From assembly GCA_003427395.1 (NCBI GenBank), contig BFEA01000013.1, positions 527,326 to 591,325 of the forward strand: 64,000 bases of DNA, given 5' to 3'. Every line of letters begins with the position of its first letter. Positions within the stretch are counted from its first letter, which is position 1. Of the stretch, positions 1-12,108 are shown piece after piece. This DNA comes from Chara braunii (lineage: Eukaryota; Plantae; Charophyceae). The notes under the pieces are model-generated. The model had not been told where the DNA came from. It searched no databases and worked only from the letters and a program-made list of their open reading frames with translations. A program made the translations under genes and the position numbers.

Positions 1-164
1 AGAATGTCCAAGACTGATTGGCCTCTTCGCTATATGGGAGATGTTGTTGCTGGACTGTTTGGGCCTGGTTGTGGAAGTTTTCAGTACCTTCTGGTCGGGC
101 CCCAGTGTCTGCGCCTAGGCCCATGTCTACAATTAAGGGCCTGGGTCCTTTTCAGTTGGGTCCA
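1..164 (-). repeat. LTR fragment (family X), runs off the left edge of the window
   Basis: Aligns, roughly 75-80% by eye, to 10341..10507, which is the TG-start end of the LTR at 9787..10507. On the minus strand it begins TG at 164. Confidence 0.75.
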
Positions 165-3100
165 TCTCTGGTGAACCATTGGTCTTCTTTTGGATCCATG
201 TAACGCCTAAATATGACGCGGTATTCCCTCTTGGGTTTTGGCGGTCTTCCTCTACCGACACGCTTAGGAACAAGCATGTCTTTGTGCTCCAAAATGTTGT
301 CGACGTCCACGTGGTCTCCCATGGTTAGGGACAACATTTATCTCATTGATGCGAAATGTTGTGTCTCAGCAAAAGATGCAAGCTTTGAGCAGTGAAACAC
401 AGGGTAAGTGCGTAAGTGACCAGGGATTCAAATCACATACGATGGGCCATCTTACCCAAAATATCCAAGACTTCCCAATGACCAAAATATTGAGGCATCA
501 GTGTTTCTGGAGATGCCGAATTTTTGTCCTAACTCACTAGACTTAACCCAGACACGTTCCCCTTCATGAAATGTGGATTGTTGCTGATGTTTGTTCTCAT
601 AAGCAATCATTGGTTTTTGAGATTTTTGAATGTGTTTGATAGTTTGCTGCAGCAACTTCTCATACTGGACTCCAAATTCTATAGTTCCAAGAGTTGCAGA
701 AGATCGGTTTTTAGGCAGGACGAAGTCTAGAACAGATATAGACTTTCATCCGAGGTTCAACTGATTCGGAGTGACCGCGATGGTGTTGTGCACAACATTG
801 TTGTACAGGCTGGCAATTAGAGGTAACTTATCATCCCAATCATCTTAATATAATGCCTCAATAGATGCTGCATCATTCGGTTCATTTGTTCAGCTTGCCC
901 GTTAGCTTTGGGATGAATCCCATAAGTCATATGTAGTTGGCTGCCCATCTGTTCTGTAGCCTTCTTCCACATTTCACTAGTGAAACGGACATCTCTATCA
1001 CTAACAATGGTCTTTGGCAGTCCAAAGTCACGCACCCAGTTATCAACAAATAACTTAAGAACGTATTCAATCCTTATGGTCTCCGACATGGCAATCAGTC
1101 CAGCGTACTTAGTAAACCTATCAACTATGACGAAGATATCTCTCTTGTCCCTCTTGCAGGTCACGAGGCTATCCATAAAGTTCAAGGAAACACTCCGTCC
1201 CAAACTCACAAAAATGGGCAAGGGTTTGAGTAACCCAAGCGGAGCTTGAGTTCACGATTTGTCCCGCTAACAGACTTGAGAAGCCTGTACGTACTACTTG
1301 GCTTCGTCTAGCATACCTGGCCACGAATCGTCGTATCGGATTTGCACTAGTCTTTTTATAGCCAAAATGTCCCATTGCGTCATGGCATTCTCCTAAGAAC
1401 AAAGTACGCATAATCTCACTAGATGGAACAACCAATCCCTTAAGCCCTGCCTTTTCAAGAAAGAGTAACCATTCCACCATCACAAACTCATCAGATGTGG
1501 TTTTGTCTTGGGCCTGAAGTTTTTGTATGATGTCCATCGTGACGGGGTCTTCCTTATAGGCTTCCACCATCGACCGAGTTACATCGTCAGATAATCCAAA
1601 CTCAGTTATTAGCGCACCTAGGTGGTCTGCCCTTCGTGACAATATATCAGCAACCTTGTTATACTTTCCCTTCACATAATTTAGCTTGAAGTCATATTGG
1701 TCTATGACCTCAATCGAGTCTTTGAGTGCATCAGAAAGGAAAGGGTGTTTCTTAATCTACTTCGGCATCTGATGGTCAGTTCTCAAGTAGAAGAACCTTC
1801 TCAATAGATAGTGTCTCCAGTGGACAAGTACTTTATAAAGGGTATAGCGTTCTCTTTCGTAGGTGGACTTCACCAACTTTTTTATGACATTTTCTTACTT
1901 ATGTACTCGATCGACCTCAACTTCTTCCCTTTGTGTTGACCCAGCACCACGCCAGTGCCATATTGGTCTGCGTCGGTGATCACAACAAATGGCTTCTCTC
2001 TATTAAGAAGTATGAGAACCTCATGGTGCGTGAAAGCATGCTTCAAACGCTTGAAAGTTGCCTCACACTTGTTGGTCCAATCCGATCGTGTGTCAAGGCG
2101 AGTTAGATCAGTCAAAGAGGAAGCCACAATGCTATAGTAGTCTATCATCCGTAAAAAAGATCTGACCTCGGTCACTGACTGAGGTCGTGATCAGTCACGA
2201 ATGCTAGCCACCTTGGCATCTTCGAGCCTTATCCCATTTGTGGATATCTCATGACCCAAGTACAAAAATTTTAATGCGACCAAACTCGCATTTCTCTAAG
2301 TTAATTTTATACTAATGTTGTCGAAGGAGTGAAAGTGCAGTTTCTAGATGAGCATGCTCCTCGAATGTTCAAGTAGAGATAAGTATGTCGTCGAGATACA
2401 CGAGGATGAACTTATGTAAGTAGTCAAAGAATATCTTATTCATAGCGTGTTGAAATGTACCCGACGCATTAAAAAGGTCAAAGGACATCACCATAAACTC
2501 ATACAGAGCGTACCTAGTCTGAAATACGGTTTTGTGCTTGCCCTCTAGTCTAATGGCAATTTGATGGTAGTCGGATTTTAAGTCTATCTTAGTAAAGTAC
2601 TTGCATCCCTGCAACCTATCAAGAAGGTCGTCGATGCGCGGTGGAGGCTCTGGGATCTTCACAGTGATGACATTCAAACCTCCATAATCAATGCACATTC
2701 TCAGTGCCCCCCCCTTCTTCGGAACAAATAGGACTGGTGAGCCGAAGACGGAGGTACTTGGCGGTATCCAACCCTTTCATGTGAGCTCTTTCAGTTGTCC
2801 CCTAAGTTCGTCCAACTCGGTCGGTGCCGTCCTATAGATCCTTCCTTTGGGTATCTTGCTCCCTGGAACTATCTCTATGGCATGGACAACCTCCCTTTTT
2901 ACAACTCCTGTAGGCTCCTCAAACAAATCAGGGTACTTTGCGACAACATTTTCTATCTCTGAAAGGGTTGGATACGGCCTAGTACCTCCCCCTTCGGCTC
3001 ACCAATCTTATTTGTTCCAAAGATTGTCACGTAAGTTCGTCTAACTCGGTAGGTGCCATCCTATACATCCTTGCTTTGGGTATCTTGCTCCCTGGAACTA

Positions 3101-3450
3101 TCTCTATGGCATGGACAACCTCTCTTTTTACAACTCCTATAGGCTCATCAAATAAATCAGGGTACTTTGCGACGACATTTTCTATCTCTGGGTGTTTTAA
3201 TGACCTCCCCTTTTTTAGAGACAAAAACTAAGTAGATACCCTCCTCTTGGTTTTGTTCATAATAATTATAAAAGGTTGATATATACATATATCAGTAAGT
3301 GTCTATCAAAATGTCAGCCTTATACTTTGTAAGTTTGATTGTCCTCACTTTCGGTGGTACATGCTTAAGCACATTTCAATCCCAATGAAACTAGGGTTTT
3401 GCAACCTCGAGGTAGTACATACCCTCCTTTTGGTTTTGTTTATCCTATCC
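165..3450 (-). pseudogene. Decayed Ty3/Gypsy (chromovirus-like) pol: protease tail, RT, RNase H, integrase, GPY/F region, chromodomain
   Basis: Fragmented ORFs in RT-RH-IN order. RT: MCIDY..LN, KIDLKS.YHQI, VYLDDILI (2369..2698). RNase H: FVVITDADQYGTGVVL and KGKYNKVADILSR. Integrase: CHDAMGHFG, VIVDRFTKY, IVSDRDVRFTS, HPKANGQAE. Chromodomain: VDNILEHK...EYRVIFRRYMDPKEDQWFTR (152..337). Many stops and frameshifts. Confidence 0.93.
2803..3190. repeat. 159-bp direct duplication within pol (2803..2961 and 3032..3190) separated by 70 bp of unrelated filler
   Basis: Both copies read taagttcgtc...ttctatctctg and encode EIENVVAKYPDLF...PTELDEL. Confidence 0.9.
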
Positions 3451-3451
3451 G

Positions 3452-5764
3452 TTAAGCAGCATTGGCCGCGGGGGGAAGTCCATGATGCGTTGCATGCCGA
3501 ATTTGGGTCGAAGTTTTGATGAGTGGCGGCAAATGAAGGGGATTGAGGGTGGGGGAGTGTGCAAAAGGGCGCGCGTACCAAATGTTCACAACGCGCCACC
3601 TAATGCGGTTGCGCGCCCCAGGGGCGTGGCACACGGGCGGCGATGATGCAGATGAACATCTTGGAGGTAAGCCATTCGATAAGCAAGCGACTTTTTGCTT
3701 CAACCTTTTTGCTTTTCCTTTTGTTTTTGCTTCAACCTTTTTTTATGTTGGGTAACGTTTTACTTTTTTTTTTTTTTCGTTTTCTTGCAGACCTAGTGTG
3801 TCATTTCTTTTTTGTTCGACTATCGTTTTCGTGCCCTTTTTTTGGTCGTTTAGTTTTGTTTTGTTTTTTTCATTTTCTTGTTGGTCGTTTCCCTTTTTTT
3901 TTTTGTGCAACGGTCGTTTTAGTGGCCGGAGTTGTCTCAGTCAATAAAAAGGGAAAAAAAAGTATCTCACACACACCCGTGTCCACGTACGCGTCTGTCC
4001 ACATAAACACACACACACACGGNNNNNNNNNNNNNNNNNNNNNNNNNNNNNNNNNNNNNNNNNNNNNNNNNNNNNNNNNNNNNNNNNNNNNNNNNNNNNN
4101 NNNNNNNNNNNNNNNNNNNNNNNNNNNNNNNNNNNNNNNNNNNNNNNNNNNNNNNNNNNNNNNNNNNNNNNNNNNNNNNNNNNNNNNNNNNNNNNNNNNN
4201 NNNNNNNNNNNNNNNNNNNNNNNNNNNNNNNNNNNNNNNNNNNNNNNNNNNCACATACACACACATATTAATATTGATCTTTTGAAGTTTGTTGTTGACT
4301 GTTGTAGTTGGGGTGTGAACCCATACACAAATTTGAGAAACCGAACTGCCCGATGAGATAACCGTTGAGGCAGATTAGGTCTCTGTGTGATTTAGGGGAC
4401 CAATTTTTTTTTAAAGAACATCATGTGTCAGACAACTGGCATGTCAAGATGTTTTTGTATCCAAACCCTAACCTTGAAGAGTGGAAACATGTTGAATGGC
4501 AGAAATGAAAAATGTGTCGAATCGCCTCCATGATGCATTTTTCAGCCAAAACGATTTTTATTTTTTTTTTAAATATTTTTTTCAAAAGTATCACAACGAA
4601 AGTTATGGACTCTTAATTTTTTATATTTTTTCTTATATTCTTCTTAGCTAAAAAAATCACAAAAGATGCAGGACGTTTTTGTTCGCCTGTACATAGTATA
4701 GCAGGGGAAATGGAAAAAGTGACAAATTTGTACGGTGGTTATTTGATAGTCGATTTGTATGGTGGTTATTTGATAGTCGAAATGATTTCTTAATTTTTTA
4801 AGAATATTTTTCATGGAAACCTCACGAATTAATCTACAGGCATTGAAGTTTTCATGATTTTGAACGTATCTTTCTGACCTTGAAAAAACACTGAAGTTAG
4901 GGTACTTTTTTAATTGGTTCACAAATTGAAAAGTGGCAAAAATGGAGAATGCGCCGAATTGGTGCGGCGACCATTTCAGCATCAAATGTTTTTTTTTTCC
5001 TATATATTCTTCGTAGGAAGATCAAGACTTGGTCTACAGGCCCTCCAAGTTTACGGATTTGCAACGCATTCTTCTGAGTTGTAAAAATCACTTAAGTTAT
5101 GGTACTTTTTTTATTGGCCCACACGTCATGGAGTGGCAAAAATGGAAAATGAATCAAACCGGTGCGGCAACTAATTGAGGGTCAAAAATAATTTTCTTTG
5201 TTTTTGTTGATATTTCGGTGGAAATATCACAACCTAATCTACAGTTTTCATAAATTTCAGATTTGTCGAATTATTAATTTAAACGTGAAAAATCGTCAAA
5301 GTTAGGGTTTTTTTTATTGCAGGACTGGACCCGCCGGTAACCAACGGTCGCCAGCCTTCCAAAAAACCTCGCCCTAACTCAATGGAGGCAGGTTTTTGGG
5401 AGGCGGACGATATGTGGTTTAATGAGTAGGGGAGCAAGGCCCACGGTCTCCACGGGAGTTGCAGTTGGCTACGGGCTCCCCGAGAGCTGAAGCTGACTAA
5501 GGGCTCCCCTTGAGTTGAAGATGACTAAGGACATCACGACACCGCTATCTTTTATTTTATTTTTTCACCAAATGCTCCAATCTATTCGTGGGGAGCCACA
5601 CGTGCTGTCAACCTGTACATTTCCATCACCACACCACTCTCCAAATGTGAAAACGACAAAAGTGTGGCAGGCGCATCTGACCATGTTCTAGAAAAAAATT
5701 TATTGTGTATTTTGCACATTTCTCAATTGGTGTGGTGATGCCCTAATGGGCCCATGAAGCCTCC

Positions 5765-5828
<64 letters not shown>

Positions 5829-5843
5829 NNNNNNNNNNNNNNN

Positions 5844-5931
<88 letters not shown>

Positions 5932-6037
5932 CCCCTCCTCCCCTCCCCTTTCATTCTTTTTGTTTTGTATTGACTTTGTAATAACATGTTTGAAACTTCG
6001 CAAAAAAAAAAGTTTTACGTCCTGTCAGTGCTCACAT

Positions 6038-6107
<70 letters not shown>

Positions 6108-6540
6108 GTTGTTCCGCATGTTAAAAAAACAAGAAAAAAAAGTTTGCTCTACTACTGAGCACTCTACATTTATGTGGACTGTTCTCTGGACCAAATGTAT
6201 CCGGACCGATGGAACACTTTGGATGCATCTAGACCACTACCAGATCCAGTTAGATTTTCTATTTGTTTCTTTTTTTCCTTTCGTTCCTCTCCACTTTGTC
6301 GAGGGTTCCGCTCCCCTGCCCCTTCCATTCTCGTTTTTTCCTTTTCCCCACTACAGTCTCACTCGACCGAACTCTTTCCCAGTCTCTCCAAAAACTCGAA
6401 TCCCCCTCCTAAGCCCGTCCACATTCACTCACCTACCTGCAGGTCCTCACATCACAAATCTAAGCTCTTCACTGCCAAACCCATCTCTCCCGTCTCCCCT
6501 TTTTAGCCCGACCCATTCTCTCAGCTTCCCACCCTAACAC
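3452..6540. mobile_element. Composite non-coding insertion (non-autonomous DNA-TE-like pieces, microsatellites, gaps) splitting gag from pol
   Basis: No coding signal. Contains about 200-bp tandem units at 4880..5320, (CT)n at 5768..5928 and (AC)n at 6040..6104. The protease active site is missing from both flanks. Confidence 0.55.
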
Positions 6541-6559
6541 AATCATTTTAACCTTCCAT

Positions 6560-8516
6560 TGACTGCCCACATACTTTCTTTACTATGGCATTTCTCGAAT
6601 AGGAACTCGTAGAAGCTTCACTATAAGAAGAAAAATTTTCAAAACCACCTTTGGGAGGTATCTTCGGTGATACCTTCATGTTCTTGCATCTGAACTACTG
6701 ATGGTCGTTCTTGTCACAGTTGATACAAGCTCCTCGCGAATAACGGTCTCATCACACATCTTGTTCCAGACCCACCCTCACCCAAGCTGGTACCTTGTTT
6801 TGGGTCTGCCCCTGACTCTTTTGTTGACCGCCCTTGTTGCGGCTGCCTGCCTTAACCTTTACTAACGAAGCGAGGTTGTTACCCTCAACACTATCCTCGT
6901 CGTCAAACTCTGTATTGTCCACTAAGTCGGAATAATCATGGATCTCAGTTTGATTCCCTTCAGAATCAACCATTATCAATTGACTACCTTTTCTTCTTCC
7001 ACTCTTGTGAACACTTCTTCTTTCTTTCGTCTCTAGAGGGTTGTTGGGCTCCTCCTAGCCTAGCCTCTAAGTCTAGGCCCTTCTTCCTAAAGGATTTCAT
7101 AATATGATCTTTGATGCTGGCCTCACTGACCAGCAAGTTATTGACGTATGCGAAAAGACATCTCAAGTACATGGTCTTCAGGACCTATGGATCATAGCGC
7201 ACGCCGCGGACGAGAATGAGACGCTCCACAGCAGAGGTAAGCTCACGCGTGGACTTGTACTTCTTAGTATCAAGCCGGGTCACATCGTCAACGGCTTGCT
7301 TGGCCTGTTGAGGATTGTGTCATCGCGTTTCTACCAAATCCATAAAGCACTCGAAGAATGAGTCTTAGCCCAAACGTTCATCCGTTTGTCGAACCCTTTC
7401 GAGGCTACTAATCCATTTTGCCATTGCGTTGCCGAACCCTCAAGATATGAGGCGACAGTAATCACCTCTCCCTCTAACAACGTCCGCTTTGCCCTTACCC
7501 ATATTGGTACCATACTAACCAAGTGTCGAGAGTTTCATCCTTAATATGACCTGAGAAGATTGAGGGTGGTTTCAGAGGACTGTCGTGGTACCAAGGTTGT
7601 TGTTGTCCCACTGGTGGGACCGGCTGTTGTGTAGCACCAGTTGTTGGAACAGCAGATGAAGAAGCAACAGTTTGTGCCACTGTTTTTGAAATACCGTTTG
7701 GTGAACTGCTAAACTAAGATATAGTGCGACTTGTCGTCACCGACGAGGAACCTGGTGATGGGAAAACAAGAGGGTGGAAGCTGGACCCACGAGTTGAAGA
7801 TGGGAAAAACCTTCTCATACCTTGCACGATGCTCAATATCTGGTCAAAGGTATCCTGGATAGCATCCAGTTTGTTGTCCATGTATGGAACTTTCTTGAGA
7901 ATCCTCGTATTATCATCAATGGCATTATCATATAACTCTTATATAGTAACTTTGACTACCCTCATATTCTCTAGTCTAGCTTTCCTAGTTCTAATCTCCG
8001 TCTCTTTCAGTAGCTTCTCTAAGTTCCTTCCTTAACCGTAAGCGGATCAACTCCACTTGTTGGAGTATAATAGCCTCTCAAGTGTGTGGAGGTGGCGAGC
8101 TGGCTTTTATTTTTTTCAGATTGAAAAAAAAGAGATTGTTTAATTTATGTATTTTCACTTGAGTTCATAGCTATAAACTCAATGTACTGCGAGTCTACCA
8201 TCTGACTAGAAGAATAGCTTGATCCCAATTCGTTGGATGTGGCTTGTGAACTGGTCGGCATGCCTACGCTCTGCTGACCAGATAAAGCAGCGAAAGTATC
8301 CACAATTGCTGCAGTGGCTGTTGGCGCTGCAAGGAATTTCTCGGTTGATGTGGCTGCTTTTCTAGCCCTCCGCGAACATTCAGTTACAGTTTCCCGTCGT
8401 ATACCCCTTTCTCCCTTGGGTGGTAAAGTCTGGTGCACGATTGGAATCCTAATGGACTCTTGACGTGTCAACCTCCTTCCTACAGATTTATCCTCACCAC
8501 TGCCTGATCCACTCAT
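6560..8516 (-). pseudogene. Decayed Ty3/Gypsy gag with CCHC zinc knuckle
   Basis: ATG at 8516 (MSGSGSGEDKSVGRR). Retrotransposon-gag motifs PSIFSG..KDETLDTW and ASYLEGSATQW. CX2CX4HX4C knuckle CINCDKNDHQ*FRC at about 6685..6727. Confidence 0.85.
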
Positions 8517-8584
8517 CAGCTAGGCAAACACTATCTGCATTAGTGCCCTCACTGGAGCTTACCGCAACATGTGTCTAACCAAAT

Positions 8585-8878
8585 TGTAAAATAAATAAAA
8601 ATAAAATAATGTTTGGTAAGTCCCCTAGGCTACAGCTCAAGCGGTATCAACAACAACTACACCAACTGTACACATGATCTACTCCTACTCTGATTAGTTT
8701 CACTCACAACAACTTCAATCAAAACACGCTATGGTAGAACACTACAGTAATAATCTAGGTTATCTGTTAGGTGTTAGCAGTTTGTTCACCAACTAATCAA
8801 AAATAAAAATAAATTATGTGAGCTGATGTATGCATAATGGGTATGGTTGTGATTTATAGTTGAGCATCAATTGGTACA
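8585..8878 (-). repeat. Putative short LTR (family Y, about 294 bp)
   Basis: Minus strand reads TGTA...TACA with TATAAAT near 8858. It is preceded by the purine tract AGGGGAAGGAA (8879..8889) and followed by ATT-TGG (8581), then gag. Confidence 0.55.
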
Positions 8879-9765
8879 TTCCTTCCCCTGTATCCAACGT
8901 GCTTGTCCGCATCATCAAGCAGCGGTGTCTAAGGTGTGCATTAACGGCCCACCCCTGTGCCCTGGAATTCGCTTATAACCAGTATTGCCCTTTATTTATC
9001 CTCGCGTGCAACGAACCTTACGTCTGACTCATCTGGCTCATCAGGAGGCATTTTAAGGACAACCCCCAAGGTCCTAAGGAATTATTTAACGTTGCAGACA
9101 GGACGACGATCACAGCTAGTGTACAGTTTCGAAGCCCATCAGAAATGTTTATAGACGATTTGGTAAGCGTTTGCGTAGGACTGGTTAGTCCACGATCCCT
9201 CTATCAGCGCAGCAAAAAGCCTTAAAGGACAAAGCAGCATGGCATGCGTGTGCTACTCCCACGGGTCGACATGGTGACCGTGACCTGTGCTTCGGCCAGG
9301 GCCCTTACGAGGCACCGCCCTATCCTGCGAAATGCGCCACCGGGAAGAACATCGTCTCTCAAGGTAAAGCGCTCACGAGTCCTTTCTAAAAAAAGAACAC
9401 TCAAGGTTGCACTCACTTCCTCACGGTAACAAGAGATTGGAAGGGAAGACAAGGTAAGGGAGCAAAGTACCTGGAGATAGTTGCCCCCAACCACATATTT
9501 CTCATCAATTGAGCCAATATGCATTTCGATGACCGGTAAAGCAATGGAGTGTCACCTCAGCCCAAATGCCACATTTGCATGCTCTCATCATCAAATATAC
9601 ACCCGTTGTCGCCACAACTTCCACGTTGTCCCCACAGCCTTCCAGTAACGCACCCCTCTACCCTAGTGTCGCATATTCAGGCCAGCACCAATGCATCCTT
9701 ACTGAACAGAAGCATCATCAGCGCACCAAGTAACAATGTCGTCAATGGCATATAACGTGATCTTG

Positions 9766-9783
9766 AACCTCGCTCTGATACCG
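9766..9783 (-). other. Primer-binding site complementary to initiator tRNA-Met
   Basis: CGGTATCAGAGCGAGGTT versus plant tRNAiMet PBS TGGTATCAGAGCCAGGTT (16/18). It lies 3 nt after an LTR CA end. Confidence 0.8.
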
Positions 9784-9786
9784 AAT

Positions 9787-10507
9787 TGCAAGGAATATGA
9801 ACGACAACGATATACAGATAACAAAGTTGCAAAATCACATAGAAATTCAGATAGTCATGTAACAAGCAGAGAGTTCTAAAGGCCCAGGATTCCATCCAAA
9901 ATATGCAATACAATGAACTCATAAACCAATGTCCAAACCCTCAGGCCACACCAACACAGTATTCAATGCCGCTCCTATTGTCTGGGCCCCAGCGTCGGTA
10001 GTCGTCCTTCCTAGCCTATCTACATTCGTGCAACAGGCTCACTTCGACTTTGAAGAGCAATGTAACTTACGTCAACACCATTGCAGACCTCCCACATACA
10101 CAAGTACATACTTTCGACTCCCCTCATCAACCCTTGTCCACCGACACATACACCTCCTTTCTGAAGACCATCGTCGACTCCACCTGTCCGCACCTCTGCA
10201 GCCCGGTTATGGCCGCTTGGCGCCCCGCTGACCTGCAACACCCGACACCACCCAGCATCCGCGCGCACCCCGGCCAGCACTGGCGCATGCAGACACTCGC
10301 GTTGCCTGGCAGCATCGTGTCAGCATTGCCTGCTTAGGCCATAATGTGTTGGACTAGCTGGCCTCCTCCCTATATGGGAGATGTTGCTGCTGCTGGATTG
10401 TCTAGGCCTGGCCGTGGAAATTTCTAGTAGCTTCTAGTCAGGCCATAGTGTCTGCATCGAGGCCCATGTCTACAGTTGAGGCCCTGGGCCCTTTTCAGTT
10501 GGGCACA
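9787..10507 (-). repeat. LTR (family X, 721 bp)
   Basis: TG(TG)...(TG)CA termini on the minus strand, followed by a Met PBS, with a second copy at 1..164. Confidence 0.78.
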
Positions 10508-10603
10508 ACCAGGATTTCCAGGCTTCGAATGTTCGTTGTGTTTGCATAGGGCCGCGACAATGCTGCATTCTCATTGGCCCATGGCCACTTCGCGATGTGT
10601 CAG

Positions 10604-10634
<31 letters not shown>

Positions 10635-11297
10635 GCAAAGCCCTTTTGTAAGACCACTATCCCGGCAGTGGTAAGAGAACCACCAGAATTGAGGCCTTGA
10701 CCGCTGAGTTGCTCCATCTATTGGTGGGGAGCAACACCTGCTAGAAACCGGGTCCAACGTCCCTTTGATACATCAATACAGATGAATGTTGAGACTGTGG
10801 TCATTGTTGTGTTCCACTCTTGAGCACCCAGTATCACTTGGAGCTGCACTTGTCCCATTCCCATTGCGGGGCTCATACTAAACAAATGACCCGACCCCTA
10901 TCTAGGATTTGACAGCCTCTCACTATGTGTGCCCAGAGTGCAACCACCTGCGTCCTGGGCTGCCTGACGCAGCTGCTTCTTCTGGAAGAGCCTAGGGTGA
11001 GGCCCAGGTTGCACTTCAACCAACTAGCATGCAACAACTGTTTGAGACCCACATTGGAAAATGTTGAGATAAGGGTCTTTCGTGGATATTCAGGCCCGCC
11101 TTCGCTTAGGGCGAGCAAAAGGCTTGCTGGGGGCCACAGTTCAGAACATATGCATGTTGTTTAGGGCCCCATGAGGCCGCATTCCTCACAATTATTTTTT
11201 GAGGCTTTAAATTTTTTAAAAAATACTATAAAATTTCATATTAATTATTTTTAGCCCCCAAAAATATATTTAAAAAAATTGGAAAAATATATTAGAA

Positions 11298-12108
11298 TTC
11301 CTATTACCTCCTCCTATTACTTTAGTGACCCCTGTTCTAAATTTCGGGGAGTTTTTGCTGGCTTACGAGGCTTAGAGAAGCATCCAAGGGGGGTAGGCTA
11401 AGGCCAGTTAGCCACCCTGGGATCTGGCCCAAGTTTTTTTTAGGGTGTATTTTGTAGGTGAGTGGTACCCATGACCTCTTTTGAAAGTACTTATCTGGTT
11501 GAGGGAGGTTAGCGAGGCTTCAGCCCAACTCTAAACCGCACAGCTAGGTCAACCTATGGTAGGAGATCGACCCCTTAGTTAGGGCGCTCAAAGGCTTATT
11601 TCCGAAGTACTACACGCCTTGCTTAGAGGGAGTGCCCTGTGGTTGGGGGACACTCTCACCAGAGGCCCAAACATGTGGGCCTCTGGCGACGGTCCCCTTC
11701 CTATTACCCCCTCCTATTACTTTACTAACCCCCTTTGTGTATTTCAGGGACTTCTTGCTAGCTTAGGACTTCTCCAAGGTATACAGCCTTATGGAAACAT
11801 CCAAGGAGGGTAGGCTAAGGCCAGTTAGCCACCCTGGGGCCTGACCCAACTTTTTTTGAGGGTGCATTTTGTAAGTTAGTAGCACCCATGGCTTCTTTTG
11901 AAAGGACTTACCTGGTTGAGGAAGGTTAGGGAGGTTTCGGCCCAACTCAAAACATCACGAGCTTGGTCAGCCTGCGGTAGGAGATTGAGCTCTCGATTAG
12001 GCCGATCAAAGGCTTCTTTTCGAATTACCACATGCCTAGCTCAGAGGGAGTGCCCTGTGGTTGGGGGGAACTCTCGCCAGAGGCCCAAGCGTGTGGGCAG
12101 CCACTTCG
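11298..12108. repeat. Two tandem, diverged copies of an approximately 400-bp unit
   Basis: ctattacc.cctcctattacttta and gggtaggctaaggccagttagccaccctggg recur at a 400-410 bp offset. Confidence 0.85.

Noticed and set aside
3643-6537. Low-complexity ORFs (poly-F, RE, HT); similar ones at 27809, 35532, 48414 and 54822
   Set aside because: Microsatellite, homopolymer and N-gap artefacts.
9015-9140. Hammerhead ribozyme (CTGATGA and GAAAC on the minus strand)
   Set aside because: Stems II and III cannot be paired in the required register.
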